Below are positions 40,455-53,772 of a stretch of 64,000 nt of DNA, piece after piece; the stretch's first letter is position 1, and each line of letters starts with the position of its first letter. The notes beneath the pieces are model-generated. The model saw only the letters and a list, made by a program, of their open reading frames with translations. It did no database searches and was not told the DNA's origin. The position numbers and the translations under genes are program-made. This DNA is from Eledone cirrhosa (lineage: Eukaryota). Location: positions 230,392,001 through 230,456,000 of the forward strand of contig OZ024741.1 of assembly GCA_964016885.1 (NCBI GenBank), written 5' to 3'.

Positions 40455-41160
40455 TGTATGTATGTATGTATGTATGTATGTGTGGCGGATTTGCAGGTAT
40501 ACACCAGGATGTGTGCATGCATGTATGTATGTTCAGCGCATCGGTAGGGGTTCTCCTACATGGACATAAAGTAGTGGCCGTATTCGAAAACGAGTTGGCA
40601 GCCACCATGTATGTATGTATTTATGAGAATTTACAGTCAGAACCAAGCAGTGGAAAGTCCCAGAGGAGTCTATAGTTGCCATGTATATGGCAGAGGGTGC
40701 AGATCTTTGACTGGTTTGAAAAGTCACATTCGTGCCTCACATCTAGAATTTTATCAGGCGATGGCAATGCTTTAACATGAATTTGCTGCCATGATGTATG
40801 CGTGTATATATGAATGCATGCATACACAAATGGAATGTATTTCTTCATATAGTGCAAGGCCTTTCGTCCCTTAAAAAAAGCATTAAGCAGAAGAATCAAT
40901 TGAGCTAAACACCTTTTACGTGTGTTGCATGAGCATAATTAGTTATAGCTGAAACAAGCTTATATTTCGACCCACCCATGTGTGAGAGGGGCAATCAAGT
41001 GATTAATATTCTCAAGATGCCCCCATCATATATGAATGCATAAAAAACAACCAAGAAAGGAAAGAGGAAAGATGTCAAACATGAAACTGTTGTTGTTATT
41101 CATAGAAACAATATTATCAGAAAAAAAAAAAAGACTCGAGGAGGAATAAGAGTCTATTAA

Positions 41161-41369
41161 CCCTTTTATCATTTACATTACTCTATATTTACTATTGTAT
41201 TTTCACGGTAAACACTTTATCTCACATAATATCGAATCTACGAGATTTTGATATTATTTATTTTGAGAACAATACTTTAACATCAATATGAGCAGCTGGT
41301 TACAGCAGGTTTTAACAGAAAGAGGTGAGAGAATTCTGGCTGGATACGGCCGGTTTAAATGTTAAAGGG
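41161..41369. mobile_element. piggyBac-type MITE
   Basis: TTAA|CCCTTT...cattta ... taaatg..AAAGGG|TTAA; TTAA duplicated at 41157-41160 and 41370-41373. Confidence 0.8.
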
Positions 41370-41781
41370 TTAATGATAAAATTGTCTCTTTATTTTTCAG
41401 TGTTATCCATTGCCTTATGTTGGAATCACAGCAGACTGTAAACAAATGTTGATTCTATTGCCAAAGCATGAAACAAAGAACTGCAGTAAAGAGAGAATTG
41501 TTCATAGCTGGCCCACAAATATGATGTTTTAATTTACTGCATAATGTTTATATATACTGCTTCAATACATCTATATTAATGTAGTACGAGTGACTCAACT
41601 TGCTACACATAGCAGAGAAACTTCCATTATGTCACAAATTGTTATCATAAAATACGAGGGAGTCTTTCATGGTTGTTACTCCTTTGATCATATGTTAGCT
41701 CAATCAGAGAAAATTGGGACTAAACTACAACAGCAATACAACAACAACACTGACAAATGTAATATTTTTAACAATGCTTAC

Positions 41782-42045
41782 TCTGAGATATTCGATTATA
41801 TATTCTCAGTTGAGATATAGTGTATGGTTTATCAAATGTCACTCTCCACCTAGAACTGGTAACTCCTTTAGCTTCAGTAGCTGAACATGAACGATGTATA
41901 TATCCAGGATTATAATTACCGTCAACTGATTTATTGGCTGTCATCGGTGATTTCATGTCTGTACATTTTCCCTCATTGAAAACTTTTGTTTTTTCTTCTC
42001 CGTACGTGCTTGTTTGATTTGCAGTTTTACCTTGAGCAATATTTA
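41782..42045 (-). CDS. Host gene exon D, N-terminal part of an F-type lectin (fucolectin/F5-8 type C-like) domain (264 nt)
   Basis: NIAQGKTANQTSTY...ANKSVDGN...CSAT...WRVTFDKPYTISQLRIYNR; acceptor ttttttcttttccAG and donor GTaagc. Confidence 0.92.
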
Positions 42046-42740
42046 CTGGAAAAGAAAAAAAAGCATTGGAAAAATGTTTGGTATGATCCTTTTAGTTTAG
42101 CATTGTAATAGTGTTTTTATCTAAGTCAAATTTTGTGAAATAATGATACACCTACCTGGAACCCATTCTTAATTCATGTTAGTATAAATGCAACAAACTA
42201 ACTTACAATACAGGAATTATGTATTATTTGAGAGTACCATCATTCTTTATAGGATATGGAAGTTATCACACTAAGTTTAGTACTTTACTCGATAGTATAT
42301 GCACAAAATCTAACATAAATATTATACAACTGAATAGGGAAACTTGAACTATTTGTCTCTATTTTACATACGGCTAAATGTGTAGTGGTATGCATACTTC
42401 CTACATAAACTATGAATTTTTACTTTTATCATATTTGATTAGGCTTATCTGGAGGGAAAGGAGAATAAATGTAAAATTATATAAGTATTATTTAAAAGAG
42501 TCAACTCCTAAACGAAATTTGGTTATACAATATGGCTACATTATTGTTATGATTTATATATGTGTTTTTAATTAGACTTATAAGAACAACATTATCATAA
42601 CGAAACAACGATGGGTTTAACCCAATATGCAGTCTAAAATGCAGTCTAAATTGTGTGACATAAAGCAATAAGATATGTTGTATGTTCGGGATGAAAACCA
42701 AAAAACTTCATTTCAGAATCATTAATGATAATAATTTCTC

Positions 42741-43544
42741 TCTATATAAAATTCTTTGTCTCTCTGTCTGTGTTTCCTTATGCATTCTCAAACGGTTCAA
42801 CCCAATAAAATCAAATTTTACTAGGTAAATGTATTAGACAACATGTAATTTTTATTTTCACTTGGATTAAAACAATATAATATTTTATCTAAAATATTAT
42901 ACTATAGACTATAAATAAACAACATTTTATAACACGACGATGACGACATCAAATTTTGTATATGAGTGTGTATGTGTCTGCGTGTGTGTTTGCATGTTTG
43001 TTACATACGTTTGGCCGTAATAAGTTACATACTCGTACACGTTCACGTAAATATTTTATCAGATACACAAAATTAAACACGCACATACATCTACACATAC
43101 ATATACATATGTGTTGACTGACAAGTATATGTGTGTGAGTGTATGTGAGTTTGAATTTAAGAGGCTTCAGTTACCAGTCAAACTAAGTTTTGTTATTTCA
43201 ATTAACAAATCTCAGGGTCAATCCTTCAAGGTATTTGGACTCTCTACTACATGTTTCTCCCACGGTCAACTCTAATGTGTGTTGCTCACGAGTTGGAAGC
43301 AGCAACAATTTATTCATTTGGACACCAACAAAAAATTACACAATGAATATTGTTTACCCTGAGGTGCTTCAAGTTTAACAGATTTTCATTTCTAAATTCT
43401 ATTATTACAATTTTGATTTAAAAAAAAAATAAAATGTAGTTTTTTCGAAATAATTATGAGAAAAAAAATGTATCTCCATATTTATTGTTTACTAATTTGA
43501 ATAAGAACAGCAATAACCCGGGCAACGCCTGGTCATTCAGCTAT
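42741..43544 (+). mobile_element. Non-autonomous Helitron
   Basis: 5' TCTATATAAAATTC; 3' acccgggcaacgcctggt hairpin followed by a degenerate CTAG (ctat). Confidence 0.68.
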
Positions 43545-43940
43545 TTAATTTAAAAAATTGACCTTAGAACAAATAGGTAAAGGTAAATGGGCCTCTGTCT
43601 GCTTCGGGGATGTGTGGTCCTGTTGTGCAATTAATGGAACTGTCTGTATTTCAAATTAGCCTGAAAATGTCTAAGCATTCAACAAACACCAGTACACTTA
43701 ACTTAATTCTCAGAAGGCTTCAGCCTGACATAGTTTGTAACAAAGATGGCCCTCTGAAATACAAATACATTCCATCAAACAACCTTCCACACGGCATGCA
43801 ACTTTTCAATTTCATTCACAAAGCTTGGGTTGACCGAAAGTTGTATTATATTAAACCTGGCCTTGATGCAATTTAATGTGGTTGAGCATTATAATATTGA
43901 AGTGAACTTTTCAAACATTTCGCTATACTGTGTCTATATC

Positions 43941-44125
43941 GGTGGATTGGCAGTATCGGTAGAGGTTCGGGCGCCATGCTTTGCAGTATATATTTACGGC
44001 CCTTTATGATCTAAGTTCAAATCCTGCCGAGGTTAACTTTGCCTTTCATCCTTACGAGGTCGATAAAATAAAGTACCACTGATGCACTGGGTAATCCTGG
44101 TCTTGTGCGAAATGTAGAAACAATT
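43941..44125 (+). mobile_element. SINE (copy 6)
   Basis: Same head, Nin core and tail. Confidence 0.88.
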
Positions 44126-44672
44126 ATTTATTGTTGATATATTTGTGTTTTATCGATGTTCATTGGATTGTGTAAAAATCAAAAGTACCTGGGGCCAAAA
44201 CTGAACCTGTAACAAAACATCTAAATAGAGTAAGGAATTTAGCGTGCCACACAAATGTCTCAAGCATTTATACCACGATTAATATTTTTATGTTTTCTGA
44301 GTTCTATACTCTTATCTAAAGTTTGAATAAACGACTCATGCTACATTATACTTTACAGTATTGAAGATTCCAGTATTAAAGAGACGCTACGATTTAATGA
44401 GGAAATCTCATTATGTTGACGGTGTTTACAATGCTTAAAACCGTTAAGCGTGGTAGCATTTTGTGCTTAGCTGAGCATTTATTAAGTGTTCATTATAACA
44501 CCGATTGCACAACAGGAGCACTCGACTGCCTCTATGGTATTCTCATCTTTACAAAAATACTCCAACTACATTTATATAATAATATATATGTATTCATATA
44601 ACGTGGCCAACAGTTTATAATTATAGTTGATTTAAAAAGAAATTCATGCAGACACAATGGTTATGTACTCAC

Positions 44673-44816
44673 TATACGTTTTCTGTTCACATCTGTCTCC
44701 ATACCATCCTTTTTCACAACCACCGACACAAATTCCAGTATATTGATGGCATTTTGTCCAATTTGAACAATGGCATTCCTGGGTGCAGTTTGGACCATAT
44801 AAATAAGGTGGACATC
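44673..44816 (-). CDS. Host gene exon C, laminin/MEGF-type EGF repeat (144 nt)
   Basis: CPPYLYGPNCTQECHCSNWTKCHQYTGICVGGCEKGWYGDRCEQ; AG acceptor and GTgagt donor; phase 1-1. Confidence 0.93.
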
Positions 44817-44998
44817 CTAGATTGATAATATCAAAGCAGTTTCTCTTCAAATGAGTGTTAAAATAAATCAACATAAGTAACTAAGATATTTTTTCAGCAT
44901 GTGAATCCATTTATAGGCTCTACAAGAATTGCTGTTTGTTACATTTAAATGTTATATTCATAAAATGTTAGTAATTTGTACTGATGAGAATAGTAATG

Positions 44999-45708
44999 TT
45001 ACATGGTAGTGAGACCTGGGCCTTGTGTGTAGAAGTCTTGCGTAGATTAGAAAAAAAACGAAGCTTGCATGATCCGATGGATGTGTAATATTAATATACG
45101 CGAACGGCAAAACATAAAGAAACTGAGAGAGAGACTGAGCATAAGAGGAATCAAATTCTGCGTGCAGGGGAGGAGGATGCGTTGGTATGGACATGTGATG
45201 CGTATGAAGGATGACAGCTGCATAAATAGGTGCAGAGCACTAAAAGTTGATGGAAGCCATGGAGTAGGGAGACTCAAGAAGACCTGGGATGAGGTGATAA
45301 AAGCGGACCTTGCCCAATTGTACCTCTCTACAGCGATGACACAGGACCGTGACCTCTGGCGTCACGCAGTAATAGAGAAGACTCGACTTCTCACAGGTAC
45401 AAGCCAAAGCTGAAGCATATAGACAATATCATCGCATCCCCTCCCACTGCAAAGTGGTCGTGGAGGTGTCATGACAAAAATGCATCTAGCTCACACTGTA
45501 AAGTGGTCGTGTAGGCGCCACAGAAAAAAGTAGCTAGCACTCACTGCAAATGAGGTTGGTTTTAGGAAAGGCATCCCGCTGTAGAAATCAAGACAAAATG
45601 AGCAAGACAAGGTCACCCGACCTAACATCGCCCACAACAGGACACACCGTCTAACCCATGGTAGCGTTGGACAACGGACGTAAAACGGTGATGATGATGG
45701 TGATGATG
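44999..45708 (+). mobile_element. RTE LINE 3' fragment with 3' UTR and (TGA)n tail
   Basis: HGSETW, RRMRWYGHVMRM, GRLKKTW; tail cggtgatgatgatggtgatgat. Confidence 0.87.
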
Positions 45709-47098
45709 TGAACTCCATGTTAGCCAAATAATTAACAGTTGAATCTAATGAAGTTACAGTAGTGAACATATTCTTAAGTTTCTCTTTTAAATCTAAAACC
45801 ACTGGAATCCTTAAGCTGACTTTTCAATATAATTATGTCAAAGAGAATTAAACTGTTTGTTAAGGGTACATAGGCTTTATTATAATCTAATTTATCCGTA
45901 ACATTCTCTAAACTATTTTATGTAGAGACTTGAAGCCAGGTATAAGAACACTCTAAGATCTTGTAGAGTGACATCTACAGTTAGGTTGAAAGAAAGGAAT
46001 CTCTTTGAAACATAATTCGCTGATACAAAATTTAGATTAATTTGAATCTAATGTGGTATCTACTCTGATGCTTTTGGTAATCAATGCGTTTCATATTCTA
46101 ATAGAGAAATTTTAGTTTTTTGACATCAGTCAGATCAGTCACTCTGTGTAAAGTCTAGGCGTAATTTTGAAGTGTATCTTCTAACTACTATTTACTGTCA
46201 ATATACAAATAAAAAAGTTTCTCTAGTAGGCACAAAGCTGATTGAGGCTTCGTCGATGCCATGTATTTTCAATCGGGCCTCAACATGAGAAGTAATATGA
46301 CTTTCTGCAAAACAGACTAAATTCTGATTTCTAATTTTTATCCCTCAATACATTTATAAGATTATGTCAAAGACTTATAGAATTAATCTTAAATTAAACT
46401 AACTACTTCCACATTTATATCATTAATATCCTTGAATTCCCTTCAACATTAAATCTCATGAATGGACTCCTCGACATGATCTTTTTTCTCACATCTCAAC
46501 TTATCTTCTATTCAAAACTGTTTGTAAACATAGACTCATCTAGCTTTTGGTTCATCATCGATTCTTTTCCTACATCTTAACCCATATAACTGAAATAATT
46601 GAATAGACACTCATCATTCGTTCATTAATTACTAATAGCATCAGAGGTCTTTGAACTCAAACTCCCAAAAAATAACAAAGAGTCCTTTCTCACTTGCAAT
46701 ATTTACTGGGAGATACTGTTTCTACATTTTTAAGTAACCATTCAATGTCACCAATTGAAAACCTTCCACATAAATTACATGCTGGTAGATAACCACACAT
46801 AGCAAAAGTTACCATTGTACAACACACAGACTACAACAAAAAAAAAAAAACCACCTCTCAATATCTGGTGTCCATCTTTTTGGCCTCTACAGAAAAATAA
46901 ATTTCTCTAACTCGATTTCGATCACATATCGATCACCCTTCAACATAAACAAAACATACTCGAATAACTGTGCTATTTGCCTTCCTCTTGTTTTTTTCTG
47001 TACATCCCTTTAAGTACAGAATAAGATGGAAATCTATGTCTCTTCTATTTCACAGAATCTGATTTGGAAAGATCTTCTAAAATGAAATATCTACATAC

Positions 47099-47242
47099 CA
47101 AATAATTTTATTCCTTTAATGGCATGTATTCCACTGATATTCAATATATCAGTAGTTATGTCACCAGTGCAAACAGTTGCGTCATTTGAAGGCTTCGGGC
47201 TGCATTTCATACCAACTGGATATTTAATGTCATGTGCTGAAT
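47099..47242 (-). CDS. Host gene exon B (144 nt, phase 1-1); not in the ORF track
   Basis: Acceptor ttcctttttAG and donor GTatg. Open frame (D)SAHDIKYPVGMKCSPKPSNDATVCTGDITTDILNISGIHAIKGIKLF(G) joins in frame to EGF exon C. Confidence 0.8.
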
Positions 47243-48479
47243 CTAAAAAGGAAGAAGAGGTACATAAAATGTCAGTAAATGTTGAGATTGATTAAATATA
47301 AACTATACAAGTAAATATGATATACTGGCATTTACTTAACATGGGATACAGTCACCTATAAAACTATTTACATTAAATTATCAGAATAGGGCGTACAACC
47401 GATTAGCCAGTAAAATAGTATAGATTATTGATTACATTAGAATAGTGAGTACATTAGAATAGTGAGTATATAAGAATAACGATAAAGCATTCAGAGAGGT
47501 AAATCCATGACTCCAGTTCGATTCTAATCTGAAACCATTTTTCCTCTCTTACTCATTTGATGCCTTTTAGAGAGCATCGATATTACAATATTGAATCTTC
47601 TAAATCTGTTAAGATTTTATGCCTATATATATAAGACTTTAAAATAATATCCACTATTTCTTCTAGACACACTATAACATCATGCAATTAATGACTGCAA
47701 AACCGATGGATAGGCCAAACCATTAATTGAACCTTTAATTTTTAGGTCATCGAAACAAATACTTAAATGTATAAATCAATAAAAACACTATGAAATTAAT
47801 AGTAGATAATTCTATTAATTCTCTCTAAACGAGAAAAATGTATGAGCAGGTTTTGTGTTATTATGTTATTTTATGTATTTTTGTTTCTTCTACATTTAAC
47901 AGATTTTGACCCAAAAGTTCAATCATACCCTGGGTAGACCTATCGTTTCATGGAGTGAATATTGATCACATTGCAGACTCCTATGACAAAAATACGGTGG
48001 CTTAGATAACATCAAAGTCAGAAATGTCAACAATGTTACTGCAATACTTGTATTATAAAATTTATTTTACAGAATTCAATGAACCTCTTCTAAATATTTA
48101 CATCTTTCTATGAATTATTTACAAATTGGCGTTGGTTATTTACAAATGCTGATATCAATAATACTTTGCCAAAGCCATCAAATATATGTTGAGCTACAAC
48201 GAGCATGATATACTCTAATAAGCTTTAATAAGCATGTTCAGTGAAATTGAACCAGTATATTGATATTTTCGTAATAAAATATTATATATCCTAAAATGAT
48301 TGATGCATAAACCCAGTGCATTTCAAAAAATCAAATTCATCATAAAAAAAACATACTACAACCAATATATTCATTATTACCATTATCATCTGTACAACCG
48401 TAACCAAAGACAATAAATTGTTTATTAGCATTCTTTCAGAAATTTAAAAGTATGATCAATATCAAATGTTATTTCTCAC

Positions 48480-48641
48480 CGGTAAAATTACTGGTAATGA
48501 TGACAGTACTAATTCTGTAAATATTATTAAATTTTATTTCAATTGGAGGCTTCTTTGCTTTGTCAGCTTTGTCTGCTTTGTCAGATAAAAATAATGCAGC
48601 ATATTGGCTGTCCGTATTCCTTAAAAATGTATGATATAGCC
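48480..48641 (-). CDS. Host gene exon A (most 5' exon found; 162 nt, phase 1-1)
   Basis: Acceptor tgtttgtacttacAG and donor GTgag. Open frame LYHTFLRNTDSQYAALFLSDKADKADKAKKPPIEIKFNNIYRISTVIITSNFT splices in frame to exon B. Confidence 0.75.
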
Positions 48642-49290
48642 CTGTAAGTACAAACATAATAATAGATTATTAAATTAAAGAAGAAAGAGTCAATAGAAGC
48701 AGGCATCGAAAAGCTAAGGCAACATTTCGGGTGAGGAATAGTATATTTTGGCAAATATAACTGATAATCTTATTAACATTTAAAAAAAAATCAATGATTA
48801 AAATATAGTTTTTATCATCTAATCATGGTAATAGTCGATTTGTATTAGTTCTGGTATATGTGTTCTAAGATATACATGATTCAGTATATTTAGAAACATC
48901 ATGTCTGTATGAGATGAAATAATAAATATCAAATCTTCTATGAATAAAAATTACAAACAATCCCTTCTCTAAAGTGTTATAGTTGCCTTAACTTATGATT
49001 CTAAAATCTAATCTTCCCTTCATTCTTCTTCTGTAAATACTTAGGCATGTGTTAATAAATATACATTCTCAATGTGTCTTCTACTTTAGCCTTAAGTTGA
49101 TGAATATCCTGTGCGTATGTGTGTCGCAAATTCTGTTTATGGTTATTGTTTGTTTATTCCACGAACATAGTGGCTGCACAAATAGAGATAGATGAAGACT
49201 GAACAAATAGTACTGGAATCCATATGATTGGCTAAACTCTTTAGCATAGTCACTCTTCAACGACTGATACCAGTAATCTAATAATAATAA

Positions 49291-49454
49291 TTGTTTCTAC
49301 TTTAGGCACAAGGCCAGCAATTATCCAGTGTATTACTGGTACTTTATTTTATCGACCCCGTAAGGATGAAAGGCAAAGTTAACCTCGACGGGATTTGAAC
49401 TCAGTCCGCAAAGCATGGCGTCCGACCCTCTACCGCTACTGCCAATCCACCGCC
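49291..49454 (-). mobile_element. SINE (copy 7) inside (AAT)n
   Basis: Same family with an internal deletion; (AAT)n on both sides. Confidence 0.9.
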
Positions 49455-49498
49455 CAATAATAATAATAATAATATATAATGATAATAATAATAATAAT

Positions 49499-50675
49499 TT
49501 TACCACAGAGTAAAATCAGTTTTAAGATCGGAGTTAAATGCTAGGAATAGGATCAATACCATAAAAAATACGAACATTAGAAATCTCTTAACCCTGCACA
49601 AAATGCATCGCCCTAAAGCAGATACAGATAGAATATATCTCCCTAGGAAAGAAGGATGGTGAGGATTAATCCACTGCAACAATTGGAGTATCTATATAAT
49701 TGGATGATCAAATTCGTTTTGAAACATGGAAGCAACAAAAGATCATATTCCATTACGAAAGATGCAAAGCAGGTAAATGTAACTGCAAAGATAGAACTAT
49801 TAAAGAAACAGACTAAGAAATGGCAAGAAAAGCCTCTGTGTGGAAAATATCCACAAAGCGCTAACAATCCTGATGTTGACAAAATTTTAACTCATCGGTG
49901 GTTTGCATTCTCTGGACTTAAGGGACTGAAGGGCTGATTATGTTAGCACAAGATCAGTGTCTGCCAACAAAAATAAAATTATCAAGCTAACATCATAAAA
50001 CATGGATGCAACCCATTGTGTCGTGTATGTAAAAAACAACCAGAGACCATTGATCATATGATTTCAATGTGCAGTCCTATAGCTCAAGCTGAATACCTTA
50101 AAAGGCACGACAGAGCGGCAAAATAAATATATTGGATAATGTGTAATCATTTTGACCAGCCCTATCAACCACTTCTCGTACATGAAAAATGTCACATTTC
50201 AATTTTGTGGAGCTTCAGTGTCCAAACAGAACGAAAAATAGATGCAAATAGACCTGATATAATATCGAATGACTTTAAACAGAGGATATGCCTGCTAATT
50301 GACATGACCATTCCTATAGAGAAGAATGAGCGAATATAAAGACCTGGAGATAGAGATTGGAAAACCGTGGAAGTTGAGAACTAAAACAATACCAGTGGTT
50401 CTAGGCGCTCTAGGAAGGATACCTAAAGGGTATAACGATTACTTATCCCAAATCCCAGGAAACCCGCGTATAGAAGAAATATAAAAGATAATACTAATGG
50501 GAATTGCCCAATTACTAAGGAAAGTTCTGTCAATATAAGTATATCACAATTGTAAACACCTAACGATACATGCTTGTGTGTGTGCTTGAACATGGCGGAC
50601 CTTGTTGTCTCTTGAGGTTACTGGTTGTGACTTGGTGATAACTTGTATGAACATAAAGCAAGATAAATGAAATGA
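49499..50675 (+). mobile_element. R4/Dong-like LINE 3' fragment (same subfamily as 58256-60640)
   Basis: CRVCKKQPETIDHMISMC, IDANRPDI, CLLIDM; 3' UTR matches 60555-60630. Confidence 0.85.
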
Positions 50676-50689
50676 CAATAATAATTATA

Positions 50690-50930
50690 AAAACTGAAAC
50701 AATACCTATAACAATAGGTATTGTTCTGGGAATGATAAAAAAAATACACAGACAAAGACATAACGAAAACCCCAGGACTTACAAATTTATACAGCATACA
50801 AAAAATAGCATTACTAGGCACTGCACACATATTACGAATTGTACTATCAATACAATAGAAACAACACCAGCAAAAGCTACACAGCTCCTACCCAAGGTGC
50901 ACAGAGCTGTGCTCGGTAAAGCAGTGGAAA
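50690..50930 (+). mobile_element. Short R4/Dong-like 3' fragment
   Basis: KIALLGTAHILR-like end block, flanked by AAT repeats. Confidence 0.6.
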
Positions 50931-50939
50931 TAATAGTAA

Positions 50940-53730
50940 GAAGAATATACGAACAGGAAAAATAGACACAAAAGAAATACAGAAATGGCAGAAACAGCTG
51001 GAGAACAAAATTACAGAGTTGAGGAGAGATGTCTTTCTCATATCTGAACTTACATCAATTCCCAAAAGCTTTCTAGGCTGAGGAAGAAATACAAGGTCAA
51101 CCAGGAAGCAGACTGGAAAGAAATTGCTGAATCAAACAAGCAAAAGATACAGGCAAAGGCGCAGAGACTAAGAAGATACGAAAAAAGGGCAAATTTCTTT
51201 AAAGAAAACTATATCTTTGCCAACAATACTAAAATATTTTAAAGCGAATTAGACAAGAGAAATATTGAAGTAAGGCAGCAACCCGAGATTGATGATGTCA
51301 ACACTTCTGGAAAAATATCTGGAAAACAGCTCAAGGCCACAACTCCGATGCCACATGGCTGGAACAATTGGAAATCCCTGCTTGCACCCAGGGATGGAAT
51401 GAGATCACCTCACATGAAATAAAAACAGCAGTTTGCAATGTTGGGAACTAGAAATCACTGGGCAGAGATGGCTTGCAGAATTTCTGTCAGAAACATCTGG
51501 TTGTGTTCCATGAAACTTTGGCTGCTGAATTCTCCAGGATTGTAACAAACCCAAGAGAGGTCCCAAACTGGATGGTAACTGGCATAACATCTACTGAAAA
51601 TTATTGCACAGAAAATCAAAAAAGCTACAGACCCATTACATATCTTCCAACGATGTAGAAAGCCCTCACATCAGTGATTACCAACAGGGTCTACAATTTG
51701 TCGAGATCTATTGCCACCAGAACAAAAAGGCTGTAAATGAGAGGTTTATGGGTGCAAGATCAGCTACTGATAAATAGATTCATGATGGAAAACTGTAAAC
51801 AGAAGATGAACCCATTGTAAATGGCCTGGATAGACTACAAGAAGGCATTTGACAGTGTACCTCATTCATGGATCATAAAGACCCTAGAAATTTATCACAT
51901 AGCACCTGAGATCACAACGTCCTTGAAGGTAATGAGGACAAACTGGAAAACTACAACGGTCCTTCAACACCGCAACGGACTACTGGAATCCAAACAGATA
52001 AAGATTAATTGTGGAATATTCCATTGTCTTGTCTGCTTTGTTGTTCTGTATGTCACTTCCTCCACTAAGTCAGTTACCGCAGAGGACAGGCTATGGATAC
52101 AAAGTAGACAACACACACTACAGTAATCTTCTTTATATGGATGATATCAAGCTATTTGGAAACCATGATGGGTAGCTGGAAGGTTTACTGCAAACAGTGA
52201 AACAATTAAGTGATGACATCCATATGGAATTTGAACTGGACTATATGCAAAAAGTACATTCAAGAGAGGATTGCTCTCTAACCATAAATATATTGTCATA
52301 AACTAACAAACCCCCATAAAGGAACTTAACAATGAAGAGTTCTATACATATTTTGGAGCTAATGAAGAAGAAGGAATCCAGCATGCAAATATGAAGGAAA
52401 AGATATGGAAGGAGTGTACAGGGAGAGTGAGACTGGTAACAAAAATTGAGCTAATCTCCTTCAACAATTTCAAATCCATTAACAGTCTAGTATTAGCAGT
52501 GGTAACATACAGATTTAACATCTTAAACTGCAACCTGAAAGTACTACAAAGGATGGACACTAAGTCAAGGAAACTATTGACAACGGAAAAATACACACTA
52601 AAACCAATGTGCATAGGCTGTATATTTCAAGGAGAGAAGGTGGGCAGGGGCTCCTACAACTGGAAGCTCTATACAAAACAGCAACCATTGGATTGGATAG
52701 CTGCCTCCACCACACCTGAGATGAACTTCTTAAGCCTGTACTCAAGCATGAACGAATTAAGAAACTACACTCAATAATAAAAGAGGCATGACAATTTAAG
52801 CAAAAGCTGAACATGGAACAAGACATACCCATAGAAAATCAACAACAGAGTGATGCACATCTAGCTATACCTGTGAAGATCAATGAAAAGAAACTCCAAA
52901 CAGAAGAACTAAACAATGAATGGTAGGCAAAACCACTACATAGTAGATTCCCAGAAGAACTTTCTGACAATGATATCCATCAACATGGCTCACTATACTG
53001 GTTCAGAAGTGCTGGTTTGAAATCAGAGACTGAGGGTCTCTTAGCACAAGATCAATCTCTGCACAAGATCAATCTCAGAACACTCGGGCTTATAGGCACA
53101 GAGTATGCTAAACATACAAAGAAATGGTAGATCATGTTATCTTTGGGTGTCCAGAGCTGGCAAAAATTGACTATACCAAAAGACACAACCGTATTGCTAA
53201 ATATCTTCAATGGATGCTCTGCCACTCTCATGACATCCAAACTTCTGACAAATGGTATGAACATCAACCAAAAACAGTCATGAAAAATGGCAAAATATTC
53301 ATCTTGTGGGATATGCCTGTGATAATCGACCGAGAAATCACTGCCAACAAACCAGATATCACCATAAAAAACAAAACAGATCGGACATGTAACCTTATAA
53401 AATACTTCCATACCATCTGACAAGGATATATCAGTAAAAACAGGGGAGAATCGTACAAAATACAAAGACCTGGAAATAGAGATCAACTACATGTTGAGGA
53501 TGACCATAAAAAACTATCCCTGTGGTAATAGGATCATTAGGATTAATACACACATCCTCAGACCTGCACCTTAACATCCTTCCTTGCAAAATCAGCAAAT
53601 ATGTGCTACAGAAGATTGGGCTACTTGGAACAGCAGACATTTTCAGATAAGTTTTCTCTCTACAATGAAAACCTCTATTGCCCTAGGTTCAAGGCTTGAA
53701 CTCAGCAATAGAGAAACAGAACTGATCTAA
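50940..53730 (+). mobile_element. R4/Dong-like LINE, decayed (RT plus restriction-like endonuclease)
   Basis: YRPITYLPTM, AWIDYKKAFDSVPH, LYMDDIKL, NKPDI, YKDLEIEI; ends in (AAT)n. Confidence 0.88.
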
Positions 53731-53772
53731 ACAGAATAACACAATAACAATAATGATAATAATAATAATAAT

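Noticed and set aside
45880-46950. Possible ancient L2/CR1 remnant
   Set aside because: Only a faint LGVI-like block is visible, too decayed to support without alignment.
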